Both the position numbers and the translations under genes were made by a program. From positions 1 through 55,463 of IMG/VR virus record IMGVR_UViG_3300037584_004704: a stretch of DNA of 55,463 bases. One strand, given 5' to 3'. Below are positions 1-8,586 of this stretch, one piece after another (the stretch's first letter is position 1; each line of letters starts with the position of its first letter). The DNA is from a virus (taxonomy: Duplodnaviria; Caudoviricetes). The notes under the pieces were generated by a model that saw nothing but the letters and a program-made list of their open reading frames with translations, was not told the DNA's origin and searched no databases.

Positions 1-2
1 TT

Positions 3-302
3 TATACAGGATTTAAACCTGCTTGGCTTATGATTAAAAACATAGGTGCTAGTGGTACGGGATATCATTGGTATATTTGGGATAATAAAAGAGACACTAT
101 TAATGTTATGGATAATACTCTTCATGCAGACCAAAGTAATGCAGAAAACACTTTTGACCAAGATATAGATTTTGTATCAAATGGATTTAAACTTAGAGGA
201 AGTGGTGTTGGAATGAATCCAAATAGTCATGATGCTATCTACATGGCATTTGCAGAACATCCATTTGTAAGTAGTAAAGGAGTGCCAGTAACGGCAAGAT
301 AG
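3..302 (+). CDS. Tail fibre / virion protein, C-terminal part (5' truncated by window)
   Basis: Frame is open from the window start (YTGFKPAWLMIK...DFVSNGFKLR...IYMAFAEHPF), a C-terminal module typical of marine phage tail fibres. Confidence 0.65.
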   Translation, partial: YTGFKPAWLMIKNIGASGTGYHWYIWDNKRDTINVMDNTLHADQSNAENTFDQDIDFVSNGFKLRGSGVGMNPNSHDAIYMAFAEHPFVSSKGVPVTAR

Positions 303-303
303 A

Positions 304-741
304 ATGTTTGGTATCGCTTCTTTTGCTGAATTTGCTTTTGCTGAGTCTACTCATCAACCAGTATCTTTAGAAGGTAATCAAGTATCTATATCACTAGGAG
401 ATATTACAGCTGCTAGAGCCGATGCTGATGTTAATACATCAACCAATATAGCAAACATTTCTATAGGTGATTTAAGCTTTGTAGGAACAGCTAACGTAAC
501 TCTTACAACTAATGCTCTTACAACAAGTCTCGGTAGTGCCACCCCTAAAGGTGCTTCAGATGTATCTGTAACTACAAATTTAGCGGGAACAGTTGCATCT
601 GGATCTGTCACAATTGTAGCTAAAGCCGTAATAGCAGCAACAACTAATCAATTAACATCTTCAGTAACAGGCCCAGGTGTTGTTACTTGGAATGATATTA
701 ACGTAAATGCAAGTCAAACGTGGACAAACGTGGAAACATAA
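304..741 (+). CDS. Virion structural protein (Thr/Ser/Ala-rich)
   Basis: ORF track; beta-rich composition; lies in the tail operon. Confidence 0.55.
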   Translation: MFGIASFAEFAFAESTHQPVSLEGNQVSISLGDITAARADADVNTSTNIANISIGDLSFVGTANVTLTTNALTTSLGSATPKGASDVSVTTNLAGTVASGSVTIVAKAVIAATTNQLTSSVTGPGVVTWNDINVNASQTWTNVET

Positions 742-759
742 TATAAATTTGGAGGCAAC

Positions 760-1467
760 ATGGCATCAACATTTTCTACATCACAAAAATTTGAATTAAT
801 CGCTACGGGTGAAAAAGCAGGTTTATGGGGAGCTACTACCAACACTAACCTACAATTGGTAGAAGAAGCTGTTGGTGGTTATTTATCTCTTAATGTTGCA
901 TCCTCCGATCAAACTTTAACAATCAGTAACGGTGCTTCGTCTAATGGACGAAACATGATAATAAAATTCACAGGTACTTTAGCAGCGAACAGAACTGTTA
1001 CTGTTCCTGACTCCATAGAAAAGATGTATTTGATAGAAGACGGTACAACAAGGAGTACAAGTGATTACACTTTAACTTTTAAGACAGCATCAGGTACAGG
1101 CGTAACAATGCCGGTTGCCTCAAAGATGGTTGTGTATTCTGATGGAACAAACATAGTTCAACTATCAGTAGAAAAAGGTTATCACTCTATAGATAGAAAC
1201 TACACAGCCGTCAATAATGATCAACTAATTATAGACACGAGCGCCGCGGCTAGACAAGTAACATTACCGGCATCTCCTAGTGTAGGTAATGAAGTTACCT
1301 TTATAGATGCTAAAGGATCTTTTGGTTCTAATAATTTAACGATTGCAAGAAATGGTTCAAACATATTAAGTTCAGCATCTAATTTAGTTGTATCAACAAA
1401 CGGAGAAGCTTTTACCTTAGTATTCTTAAACGCGACTCGTGGTTGGGCTTACAAAGATAAAGTTTAA
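760..1467 (+). CDS. Tail fibre / baseplate-like structural protein
   Basis: GGAGG RBS; C-terminal TLPASPSVGNEVTFID motif typical of tail fibre domains. Confidence 0.65.
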   Translation: MASTFSTSQKFELIATGEKAGLWGATTNTNLQLVEEAVGGYLSLNVASSDQTLTISNGASSNGRNMIIKFTGTLAANRTVTVPDSIEKMYLIEDGTTRSTSDYTLTFKTASGTGVTMPVASKMVVYSDGTNIVQLSVEKGYHSIDRNYTAVNNDQLIIDTSAAARQVTLPASPSVGNEVTFIDAKGSFGSNNLTIARNGSNILSSASNLVVSTNGEAFTLVFLNATRGWAYKDKV

Positions 1468-1476
1468 GGAGAGTAA

Positions 1477-3642
1477 ATGGCTCTCATAACTTTAGATTTT
1501 CTACCAGGTATAGATAAACAAGATACCACCAAGGGAGCTGAACGTCGTTTCATTGACTCCAATAATGTAAGATTTAGATATGGACTACCTGAAAAGGTGG
1601 GAGGTTGGTCCTCTCTTTTACCTGATAAAATAGTTGGTGTTGTTAGAGCACAGCACCCTTTTACAGATTTAGATGGTAATAGATACGTGGCCCTTGGAAC
1701 GGATAAGTTTTTATTATTATACTTTGAAGGTCAACTATTTGATATTACACCTATAAAAAGTTCTTTGGCCTCTTCAACAATGGCCACAACAGATGAATCA
1801 GTTTCTGTTACAATTACCACAAGTTCTGCTCATGGAGCAAAAGCAGGTGATATAGTGCAATTAGATGGTGTCACTTTACCTAGTGGTACAGGTCTTAGTG
1901 CTTCTAATTTTGAAGATGTTAAGTTTCAAATAATCACAGCACCTAGTACAACAACTTTTACAATTACATCAACTGCTGCTGCTACAGCTACAGTTTCTAC
2001 AGGTGGTTCTATAACTTGTAAGTTTTATGAACCTGTTGGTCCAAGAGAACAAACCTATGGTTATGGATGGGGTGTTGGTAACTGGGGTGGTACAATTGAT
2101 TCTGCTGCAGCAACAACTGTAAACGAAGCTTTAGATGCATCAGAAACAACAATCACATTAACAAGTGCTGCATCTTTTCCTACCGCAGGCACAATTTTAG
2201 TAGACTCAGAACTTATTACATATACAGGTAAATCCACAAATGATTTAACAGGCTGTACAAGAGGAGCTCTTGGAAGCACAGCAGCAACACACAGTAATGG
2301 TGCTACCGCTACTAACGCATCAGATTTTGGTGGATGGGGTGTAGCTGTCAAAGCTGATCAAGTACAATTAGAACCAGGTCTATGGTCCTTAGATAATTTT
2401 GGTCAAGTATTAGTTGCAACAGTTGCAAATGGTAAAACTTTTACATGGAACGCTGGAGCGACAACACCTACAGCAAACAGAGCATCAACAAGCACTTCTA
2501 ACTTTTCTACTTCTAATAATCCAACAGCTTCTAGAGCTACTTTAATATCACCTACTACAAGACACTTAATTCACTTTGGAACCGAAACAACAATAGGTAC
2601 AACTAGTACACAGGATGATATGTTTATTAGGTTTGGTGATCAAGAAGACATCAATACTTTTATACCTTCGGCAGTTAATGCAGCAGGCACACAAAGATTA
2701 CAAGACGGAACTAAAATAGTTGGTGCTATCAAGGCAAAAGAAACAATTCTAATATGGACAGATACAGCTTTGTACACCATGAAGTTTATTGGTGCACCTT
2801 TTACTTTTGGTTTTGAACAAGTAGGTACAAACTGTGGTTTGATAGGTAAGAATGCGGCTGTTGAAATAGATGGTGTTGCTTACTGGATGAGTAATAATGG
2901 TTTCTTCTTATTTGATGGTACAGTTAAATCACTACCTTGTTCTGTTGAAGACTTTGTATACGACGATATTGATTTAACAAAAGGACAACAAATTACAGCA
3001 GGTGTTAATAATTTATTTACAGAGATTATTTGGTGGTATCCTACATCTGGTCAAAGTTTCAATAACAGATTAGTTGCTTATAATTATCTAGAATCTATGG
3101 GTTCACAAGTCCCAGGTGGTATTTGGTATACAAGCACAGAGGGCCGTACATCTTGGATGGATGCCAAGATATATCCTAAACCTTATGCAACTTCTTATAC
3201 TTCTACTGACACCGGAACTTTTCCAACAATACAAGGAGTTACAGGACTAGGAGCTACAATTTATTTTGAACATGAAGTGGGTAATAATCAAATCAATACT
3301 GACGGATCGAGCACCGCGATTAGTTCTTTTGTACAGTCTTATGACTTTGATTTAGAAGGTCAAGGAACGGAAGGTGATAGATTTTTATCTGTTCGTAGAT
3401 TTGTACCAGATTTTAAAGTTCTAGAAGGCACAGCTAAAGTAACGTTGGCCGTGAAACGTTTTCCATCACAAGAAGATTCTTCTACTGGTCTAAGTCCTTT
3501 CTCTATTACTTCATCAACAACTAAAAAAGATACAAGAGCTCGTGGTAGATATGTTAATATCAAAATAGAAAATGACGACATCGATCAAAGTTGGAGATTT
3601 GGTACTTTCAGTTTAGATGTACAAGCAGACGGAGGTAGATAG
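1477..3642 (+). CDS. Tail tubular/nozzle protein (P22 gp10 / T7 gp12-like)
   Basis: 721 aa; PGIDKQ...NVRFRYGLPEKVGGW N-terminus and ...RARGR...WRFG C-terminus typical of podophage stabilisation proteins; position upstream of the ejection genes. Confidence 0.7.
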   Translation: MALITLDFLPGIDKQDTTKGAERRFIDSNNVRFRYGLPEKVGGWSSLLPDKIVGVVRAQHPFTDLDGNRYVALGTDKFLLLYFEGQLFDITPIKSSLASSTMATTDESVSVTITTSSAHGAKAGDIVQLDGVTLPSGTGLSASNFEDVKFQIITAPSTTTFTITSTAAATATVSTGGSITCKFYEPVGPREQTYGYGWGVGNWGGTIDSAAATTVNEALDASETTITLTSAASFPTAGTILVDSELITYTGKSTNDLTGCTRGALGSTAATHSNGATATNASDFGGWGVAVKADQVQLEPGLWSLDNFGQVLVATVANGKTFTWNAGATTPTANRASTSTSNFSTSNNPTASRATLISPTTRHLIHFGTETTIGTTSTQDDMFIRFGDQEDINTFIPSAVNAAGTQRLQDGTKIVGAIKAKETILIWTDTALYTMKFIGAPFTFGFEQVGTNCGLIGKNAAVEIDGVAYWMSNNGFFLFDGTVKSLPCSVEDFVYDDIDLTKGQQITAGVNNLFTEIIWWYPTSGQSFNNRLVAYNYLESMGSQVPGGIWYTSTEGRTSWMDAKIYPKPYATSYTSTDTGTFPTIQGVTGLGATIYFEHEVGNNQINTDGSSTAISSFVQSYDFDLEGQGTEGDRFLSVRRFVPDFKVLEGTAKVTLAVKRFPSQEDSSTGLSPFSITSSTTKKDTRARGRYVNIKIENDDIDQSWRFGTFSLDVQADGGR

Positions 3643-3809
3643 TGGCAAAAATAAATGTAAAAATACCAGAACCAAAACAAGAATACGATACTTCTAATCA
3701 AAAACAAATAAATAGATCCATAACAACTATTATAGAACAATTAAATTCTACATTTTTAGATGAATTAAAACAGGAGCAAGAAAGATTTTCTTGGTTTATT
3801 AGTGGCTAA
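3642..3809 (+). CDS. Small virion-associated protein (55 aa)
   Basis: GTG start overlapping the previous stop, GGAGG RBS; MAKINVKIPEPKQEYD...; too short for the ORF track. Confidence 0.6.
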   Translation: MAKINVKIPEPKQEYDTSNQKQINRSITTIIEQLNSTFLDELKQEQERFSWFISG

Positions 3810-4131
3810 TATATATAAAAACGCAAAGATAGATTTAACAACCACAGATAATACGGTTGTCTATACAACTCCTAGTGGATCAAGAGCTATTATAAAATCT
3901 ATTTTAGTTTCTGAAGATAGTAACAATGCAGATACTGTCACTTTAACAATTACAGATGCTTCTGATGCAGTGTTTAGTTTATTCAAAGACAAGGCTATAT
4001 CTGCCAAAGCAACAAACGAATTATTAACACAACCTTTAGTTCTTCTTGAAAGTGAAGTATTAAAGGCACAAGCTGCAACTGCTAATAGATTACATGTAGT
4101 TGTTTCAATATTAGAAATAAGTAGAGAGTAA
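3802..4131 (+). CDS. Small structural protein, paralogous in style to 50105..50452
   Basis: MANIYKNA...VVSILEIS resembles MANTFK...LSIMEIT. Confidence 0.6.
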   Translation: MANIYKNAKIDLTTTDNTVVYTTPSGSRAIIKSILVSEDSNNADTVTLTITDASDAVFSLFKDKAISAKATNELLTQPLVLLESEVLKAQAATANRLHVVVSILEISRE

Positions 4132-4141
4132 GGAGGTAAAA

Positions 4142-4390
4142 ATGGTATCTTTTGTAGAAAAAGGCAAGGTTGACACAATAGTCAATGGCCAGGTTATTAA
4201 AGACGTTGAGATTGAAACTGAAATTACAGTAAAAAACCTTAAAACAAACGTTGAATATAAGTCTGATAAAGAAGCCGAAGATGATGTTAACAACCCAGAT
4301 ACTGACACCAAGCAAGAGGACATATCTAGAAGTGTCAATATAAAAGTGGCTAAACTGCCAGATGTTGTATCTAAATCTGAGGATGAATAG
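4142..4390 (+). CDS. Hypothetical protein
   Basis: AGGAGG RBS; ORF track. Confidence 0.6.
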   Translation: MVSFVEKGKVDTIVNGQVIKDVEIETEITVKNLKTNVEYKSDKEAEDDVNNPDTDTKQEDISRSVNIKVAKLPDVVSKSEDE

Positions 4391-4419
4391 TTGATTTTTG
4401 AGGCAAAAAAAAGTAATGT
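4391..4419 (+). promoter_or_regulatory. Putative sigma70 promoter for the acyltransferase/ejection-protein operon
   Basis: TTGATT-17nt-TAATGT immediately before ATG 4424 (possibly a leaderless mRNA). Confidence 0.35.
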
Positions 4420-4423
4420 ATTT

Positions 4424-4861
4424 ATGATAGATACTGGTAAATTATACGATATTACCGTAGCTTTCGGACTTTATAAGTCGTTTCCTCGCTATAAAGATCA
4501 CACGTTCGAGGACGTGCTAGAACACATCGCCCCGTCCGTAGATCTGAATCAATACAAGATTCACTATAAAGATGGATTACCTTTTGCTTTTACGAATTGG
4601 GCATTTTTAAACAAGGATGCAGAGAAAAGATTTATGACAACCGCAGAACTAAACCCTGAAGATTACAATAGTGGAAACATCCCTTGGCACATTGATACTG
4701 TTTGTTTAGGCAGTGTTAAAGATATTATGAAAGAGACTAAAGAATACTTTACTAATCTATTAGGTTATAATAAACCTGTAAAATGGCTTCGTGTAACAGA
4801 CGAAGGAGTTATCACAAGAGTTGTAACTAGATATACAAAGGAACATTATGGGATCAATTAA
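4424..4861 (+). CDS. Toxin-activating lysine acyltransferase (HlyC/RtxC-like)
   Basis: PSVDLNQY, PFAFTNWAFL, LNPEDYNSG and WHID align with HlyC PAIQANQY, PVAYCSWANL, LVAEDWTSG and WFID. Confidence 0.75.
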   Translation: MIDTGKLYDITVAFGLYKSFPRYKDHTFEDVLEHIAPSVDLNQYKIHYKDGLPFAFTNWAFLNKDAEKRFMTTAELNPEDYNSGNIPWHIDTVCLGSVKDIMKETKEYFTNLLGYNKPVKWLRVTDEGVITRVVTRYTKEHYGIN

Positions 4862-6560
4862 AAAAGCATTAAAACCTGTCACAAGAGTTGTTGATAATAT
4901 TATTCCTAATGAAATCAAACCTGCCTTACCTTATCTCGCTGCAACGTTTGGTGCACCATATTTAGCTCCTGCATTTGGTAGTTTAGGTGGAACCGGAATA
5001 ATGGGAGCAGCTTTAAGAAAAGGATTAGCAGGAGCCGTGACTAATCTAGGAACACAAGTTGCTTTAGGAAAAAATGTTAATCCTGTATCGGCGGCTGTGT
5101 CTGGGTTATTCGCAGGTGCTGGCCCTGCTTTAGCAGGAAAAGGTAAATTTGCAGAGGGTTTAGGTAATCTTGTTTCTCCAGATAAAATAAGTGGACTAGG
5201 TCTTGGTGAAGCTGCAAAAGTAGCTAGTGTCCCAATAACAGCGGGCACCGCAGAAGCGGCTTACGATGCAGCGAAAGAAGCAGAAGATGCTTATGAAGAG
5301 TATTTAAAACAACAAGAAGCTGCAGGTAATGAAGATATTCAAACACGAGTAGATTTTATTAGTAGATATTTAGCAAATGCAGGATTTGACCAAGACTATA
5401 TTGATACAAGATTAAACGAATTAGGCTACGCGGCCAACGGTGGTTTGATGGGAACTCGTGTTGGTTATGAAAGTGGTGGTAGTTTATACGACAAGGCATC
5501 TGATATGAATCGTCTTGCCATGGAAATTAAATTAATTGATTTAGGTTATGGTGGTTTTGGGGGAAAAGACTTAGAAAAAATGAGTAATGAGCAAATTATG
5601 AAGTTATATAAAGAAGCCACAAGCAAAGCAAACGGCGGACGTATTGGTTACAGAATAGGTGGTGGTCCTGTAAAAAGTTTTATTGCCAAATTATTAGGCG
5701 CTGAGCCTAGCGAAGAAGTTTTAAACAAAATGTTTGAAGAACGTAAAAATGAAATATTTAATGAAATGTTTGATCCTGAAGCGGGAACCGGTGCTTATTC
5801 AATGCAACAAATGCAAGAGGCTAGTGATATGGCTACAAAACAAGCAATGCAAGAATTAGAAGAGTTTAAAATGCGTATTGGTATGGAGATGAAAAATCCA
5901 CCCGAAGGTTCTGTAGGAGATGATGTTATTGATCAAATCATGGAACCTCGAGAAGAGGGTCGTGTTAAAGAAGCAAAAGGTGGACGTATTGAATACGCAG
6001 AAGGGGGCACTGATTATTCTCCTACTATTCCTTTTGGTGGACGAACTAGTGAGTTTTTTTTAAACGCAAGCAAAGAAGAAAAAAATAAAAAAGATGCTAG
6101 ACCAGGATACGGCGAAGAAGAACGTTCTAAAACAGTAGGAGATATAATAGATCCTGATAGTATTTTAAGATTTCTTTTTCCTTTTGATAAATTTCCTAAA
6201 GGTAAAAAAGAGATGATGAAAGAATTAAATAAACTTTTAGATGAAGCAGAGCGTGAGAATGAAAGAGATCCAGAAAATACAGGCAGATACTACGATCCTG
6301 AAAGACCTGATCGTTTTTTTATGAAAGACGGTGGTATCATGAATTTGAAAATGGGTGGCATGCCCGCTGAAATGGATTTACGAAGTGGTGGCTTTGTACC
6401 TTTAGGTGCAAAAGAAAAAGCTGACGATGTCCCTGCAAGATTATCTAAGAATGAGTTTGTAATGACCGCTGATGCAGTAAGAGCTGCTGGTGGGGGAAGT
6501 GTTAACAAAGGGGCAAAAAAAATGTACGATTTAATGAATAAACTAGAGGCTAGAGTATAA
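4848..6560 (+). CDS. Internal virion (ejection) protein with repeated xxGG motifs
   Basis: Gly/Ala-rich hydrophobic N-terminus; C-terminal GAKEKADDVPARLSKNEFVMTADAVR domain; position after the tail nozzle gene. Confidence 0.6.
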   Translation: MGSIKKALKPVTRVVDNIIPNEIKPALPYLAATFGAPYLAPAFGSLGGTGIMGAALRKGLAGAVTNLGTQVALGKNVNPVSAAVSGLFAGAGPALAGKGKFAEGLGNLVSPDKISGLGLGEAAKVASVPITAGTAEAAYDAAKEAEDAYEEYLKQQEAAGNEDIQTRVDFISRYLANAGFDQDYIDTRLNELGYAANGGLMGTRVGYESGGSLYDKASDMNRLAMEIKLIDLGYGGFGGKDLEKMSNEQIMKLYKEATSKANGGRIGYRIGGGPVKSFIAKLLGAEPSEEVLNKMFEERKNEIFNEMFDPEAGTGAYSMQQMQEASDMATKQAMQELEEFKMRIGMEMKNPPEGSVGDDVIDQIMEPREEGRVKEAKGGRIEYAEGGTDYSPTIPFGGRTSEFFLNASKEEKNKKDARPGYGEEERSKTVGDIIDPDSILRFLFPFDKFPKGKKEMMKELNKLLDEAERENERDPENTGRYYDPERPDRFFMKDGGIMNLKMGGMPAEMDLRSGGFVPLGAKEKADDVPARLSKNEFVMTADAVRAAGGGSVNKGAKKMYDLMNKLEARV

Positions 6561-7420
6561 TGGCAGACGAACAAGTAACAAGAACGTTACCCGCGCCGTT
6601 TATAGAGGCGGCAGGCATAGCTTTAACAGACAAGCTGACTCCTTTATTAGGTCAACCACTTGACACCGCATCATTTGCTCAGACAGTAGCAGCACAAGAT
6701 CCTTTACAACAACAAGCAGTTCAAAAAGCTTCAGGACTTGGTTCTTTTGAACCTTTCTTAGCTCAAGCCGGTGCCGACGCCACAGCAGCTCAACAACTTA
6801 CAGGTCCACAAGCTTTTCAAGAATTTATGTCTCCCTATCAACAAGAAGTAATTGATACATCACTTGCAGCACTACAAAGAGAACGTGATATTGCAAGACA
6901 ACAAATAGGAACAGGAGCAGCACAATTAGGAGCTTTTGGTGGTGGTCGTCAAGGACTACAAGAAGGTGCATTTGATGCTGAAACAGCTTTAGGTAAAGCA
7001 CAGTTAGAAGCACAATTAAGGGCTCAAGGATTTCAACAAGCACAACAAGCAGCTCAACAAGCTTTTGCTAATCAACAAGCACTATCTACACAACAACAAG
7101 GATTAGCACAATTAGCTCCACAATTAGCGCAACAAGAGATTAGTGGATTACAACAATTAGGTACAGGTCAACAATTACAATCACAAGCAATTCTTGATGC
7201 TCAAGCAAATGCTGCGAGAGAAGCTGCATTTGAAGAACAGCAACGATTAGGTTTTGTTGGTCAGCAGTTAACAGGTATTATTGGTGGATACCCTGCACAA
7301 CAAACTTTCTCAACAACAACAACAGCACCTCCTAGTCCACTATCACAAATTTTAGGTGTAGGTGCTACAGCGGCAGGTATTGGTGGTCAATTATTTGGCG
7401 CAGGAGGGATCTTCGGTTAA
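6560..7420 (+). CDS. Internal virion / DNA pilot protein
   Basis: Gln/Ala-rich helical protein with FMSPYQQEVID motif and a Gly-rich hydrophobic C-terminus. Confidence 0.6.
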   Translation: MADEQVTRTLPAPFIEAAGIALTDKLTPLLGQPLDTASFAQTVAAQDPLQQQAVQKASGLGSFEPFLAQAGADATAAQQLTGPQAFQEFMSPYQQEVIDTSLAALQRERDIARQQIGTGAAQLGAFGGGRQGLQEGAFDAETALGKAQLEAQLRAQGFQQAQQAAQQAFANQQALSTQQQGLAQLAPQLAQQEISGLQQLGTGQQLQSQAILDAQANAAREAAFEEQQRLGFVGQQLTGIIGGYPAQQTFSTTTTAPPSPLSQILGVGATAAGIGGQLFGAGGIFG

Positions 7421-8580
7421 TGAGTAGAACATTAAAAAGACCTATGTTTCGCGGTGGTGGTAAAGTTAATAGCGTAGGCACTGGTATTACATCGGGGCTC
7501 GTGGATCGTGAAAGACATGCAGAAAGTAATCCTGAAGGTGTTGGATACTCACAATCACCTTATTACAAATATTTAGTGAAACCAAGTCAGAGAATAACTC
7601 AAACCGCTTTATCCCCGTTTTCTAATGTTGGTGCTGATCTCGTCAATCTTACAAATAAGTTTCTTGGAGGAACTGGTGAAGTTTTAAAATACTACGATCC
7701 TATTTCTGGAACAATGCAAACAAGAGAAGATTTTTATACTCCAAGTAGTACAACACCTAGTATAGTTTCTGAGGCAGGTGCATCAGAGATGGACAGCACT
7801 ACAAAAACTGAAACTACAAAAAAAGATGACACATCAGAAACCACCAATCTAGCTAAACAAATGGAAAAAGGAGCAAAAAGACAATTTGATGACCCTAATG
7901 AAATAAAGCTAGACGATATAGATAGTTTTGAAGAAGAGGTGAAAAGAAAAGCAGACACCTATAAAAAATTATTAGGGGCTGACGACGCTGCAAAACAAAA
8001 TTTTTTCAAAGCCTTAACAGCAGGCGGACTAGAAGCTTTAACAGCAGGTGACACGGCAGAGGGAGTAAAACAATTTAGTGAAAAACTAGAGGGGGCAGAT
8101 GATTTAAGCAGAAAAGCAACCTCACTTGCAATAGAAGAAACAATTAAAAAAGATTTAATAAAGCAACCCGATAAAATTAGAGAGATAGAATTTTTAAAAA
8201 ATAGTGGAATACCACAGGAGAGAGCCCTAGCAATAGTTTACGGAGATGATAATAAGTTATTACCTGGTTATAGTTATGAAAGGGAAATAGCAGATTTAAG
8301 AAATGAATTTATAGATGATGGAAATACACATCAAAAACAATATCCTACTGGTTATGCTCAAGGAGAAATATTATTAAGAGAGGGAGTAAACTCAATCAAA
8401 TATATTTATAATGCGGACGCCATGTCATATCAAGCAAGTGAGGAACAAATTAAAAAAATGAAAGCAGGGGATATTTTATTCGATCCTGTTAATTTTGAAT
8501 ATTTTGCTGTTAGTCCGTCTGGAAGTAGAATAAACACTCCTAGTAAAGATAAAGCTCTCGCTCACGCAAAAGGAAACTAA
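7420..8580 (+). CDS. Internal virion protein
   Basis: MSRTLKRPMFRGGG N-terminus; operon context. Confidence 0.5.
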   Translation: MSRTLKRPMFRGGGKVNSVGTGITSGLVDRERHAESNPEGVGYSQSPYYKYLVKPSQRITQTALSPFSNVGADLVNLTNKFLGGTGEVLKYYDPISGTMQTREDFYTPSSTTPSIVSEAGASEMDSTTKTETTKKDDTSETTNLAKQMEKGAKRQFDDPNEIKLDDIDSFEEEVKRKADTYKKLLGADDAAKQNFFKALTAGGLEALTAGDTAEGVKQFSEKLEGADDLSRKATSLAIEETIKKDLIKQPDKIREIEFLKNSGIPQERALAIVYGDDNKLLPGYSYEREIADLRNEFIDDGNTHQKQYPTGYAQGEILLREGVNSIKYIYNADAMSYQASEEQIKKMKAGDILFDPVNFEYFAVSPSGSRINTPSKDKALAHAKGN

Positions 8581-8586
8581 ACTCCT

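Noticed and set aside
4846-4854. TTATGGGAT at the starts of the 570-aa gene and terS (26869) as operators
   Set aside because: Explained by Met-Gly start codons; not counted in the regulon
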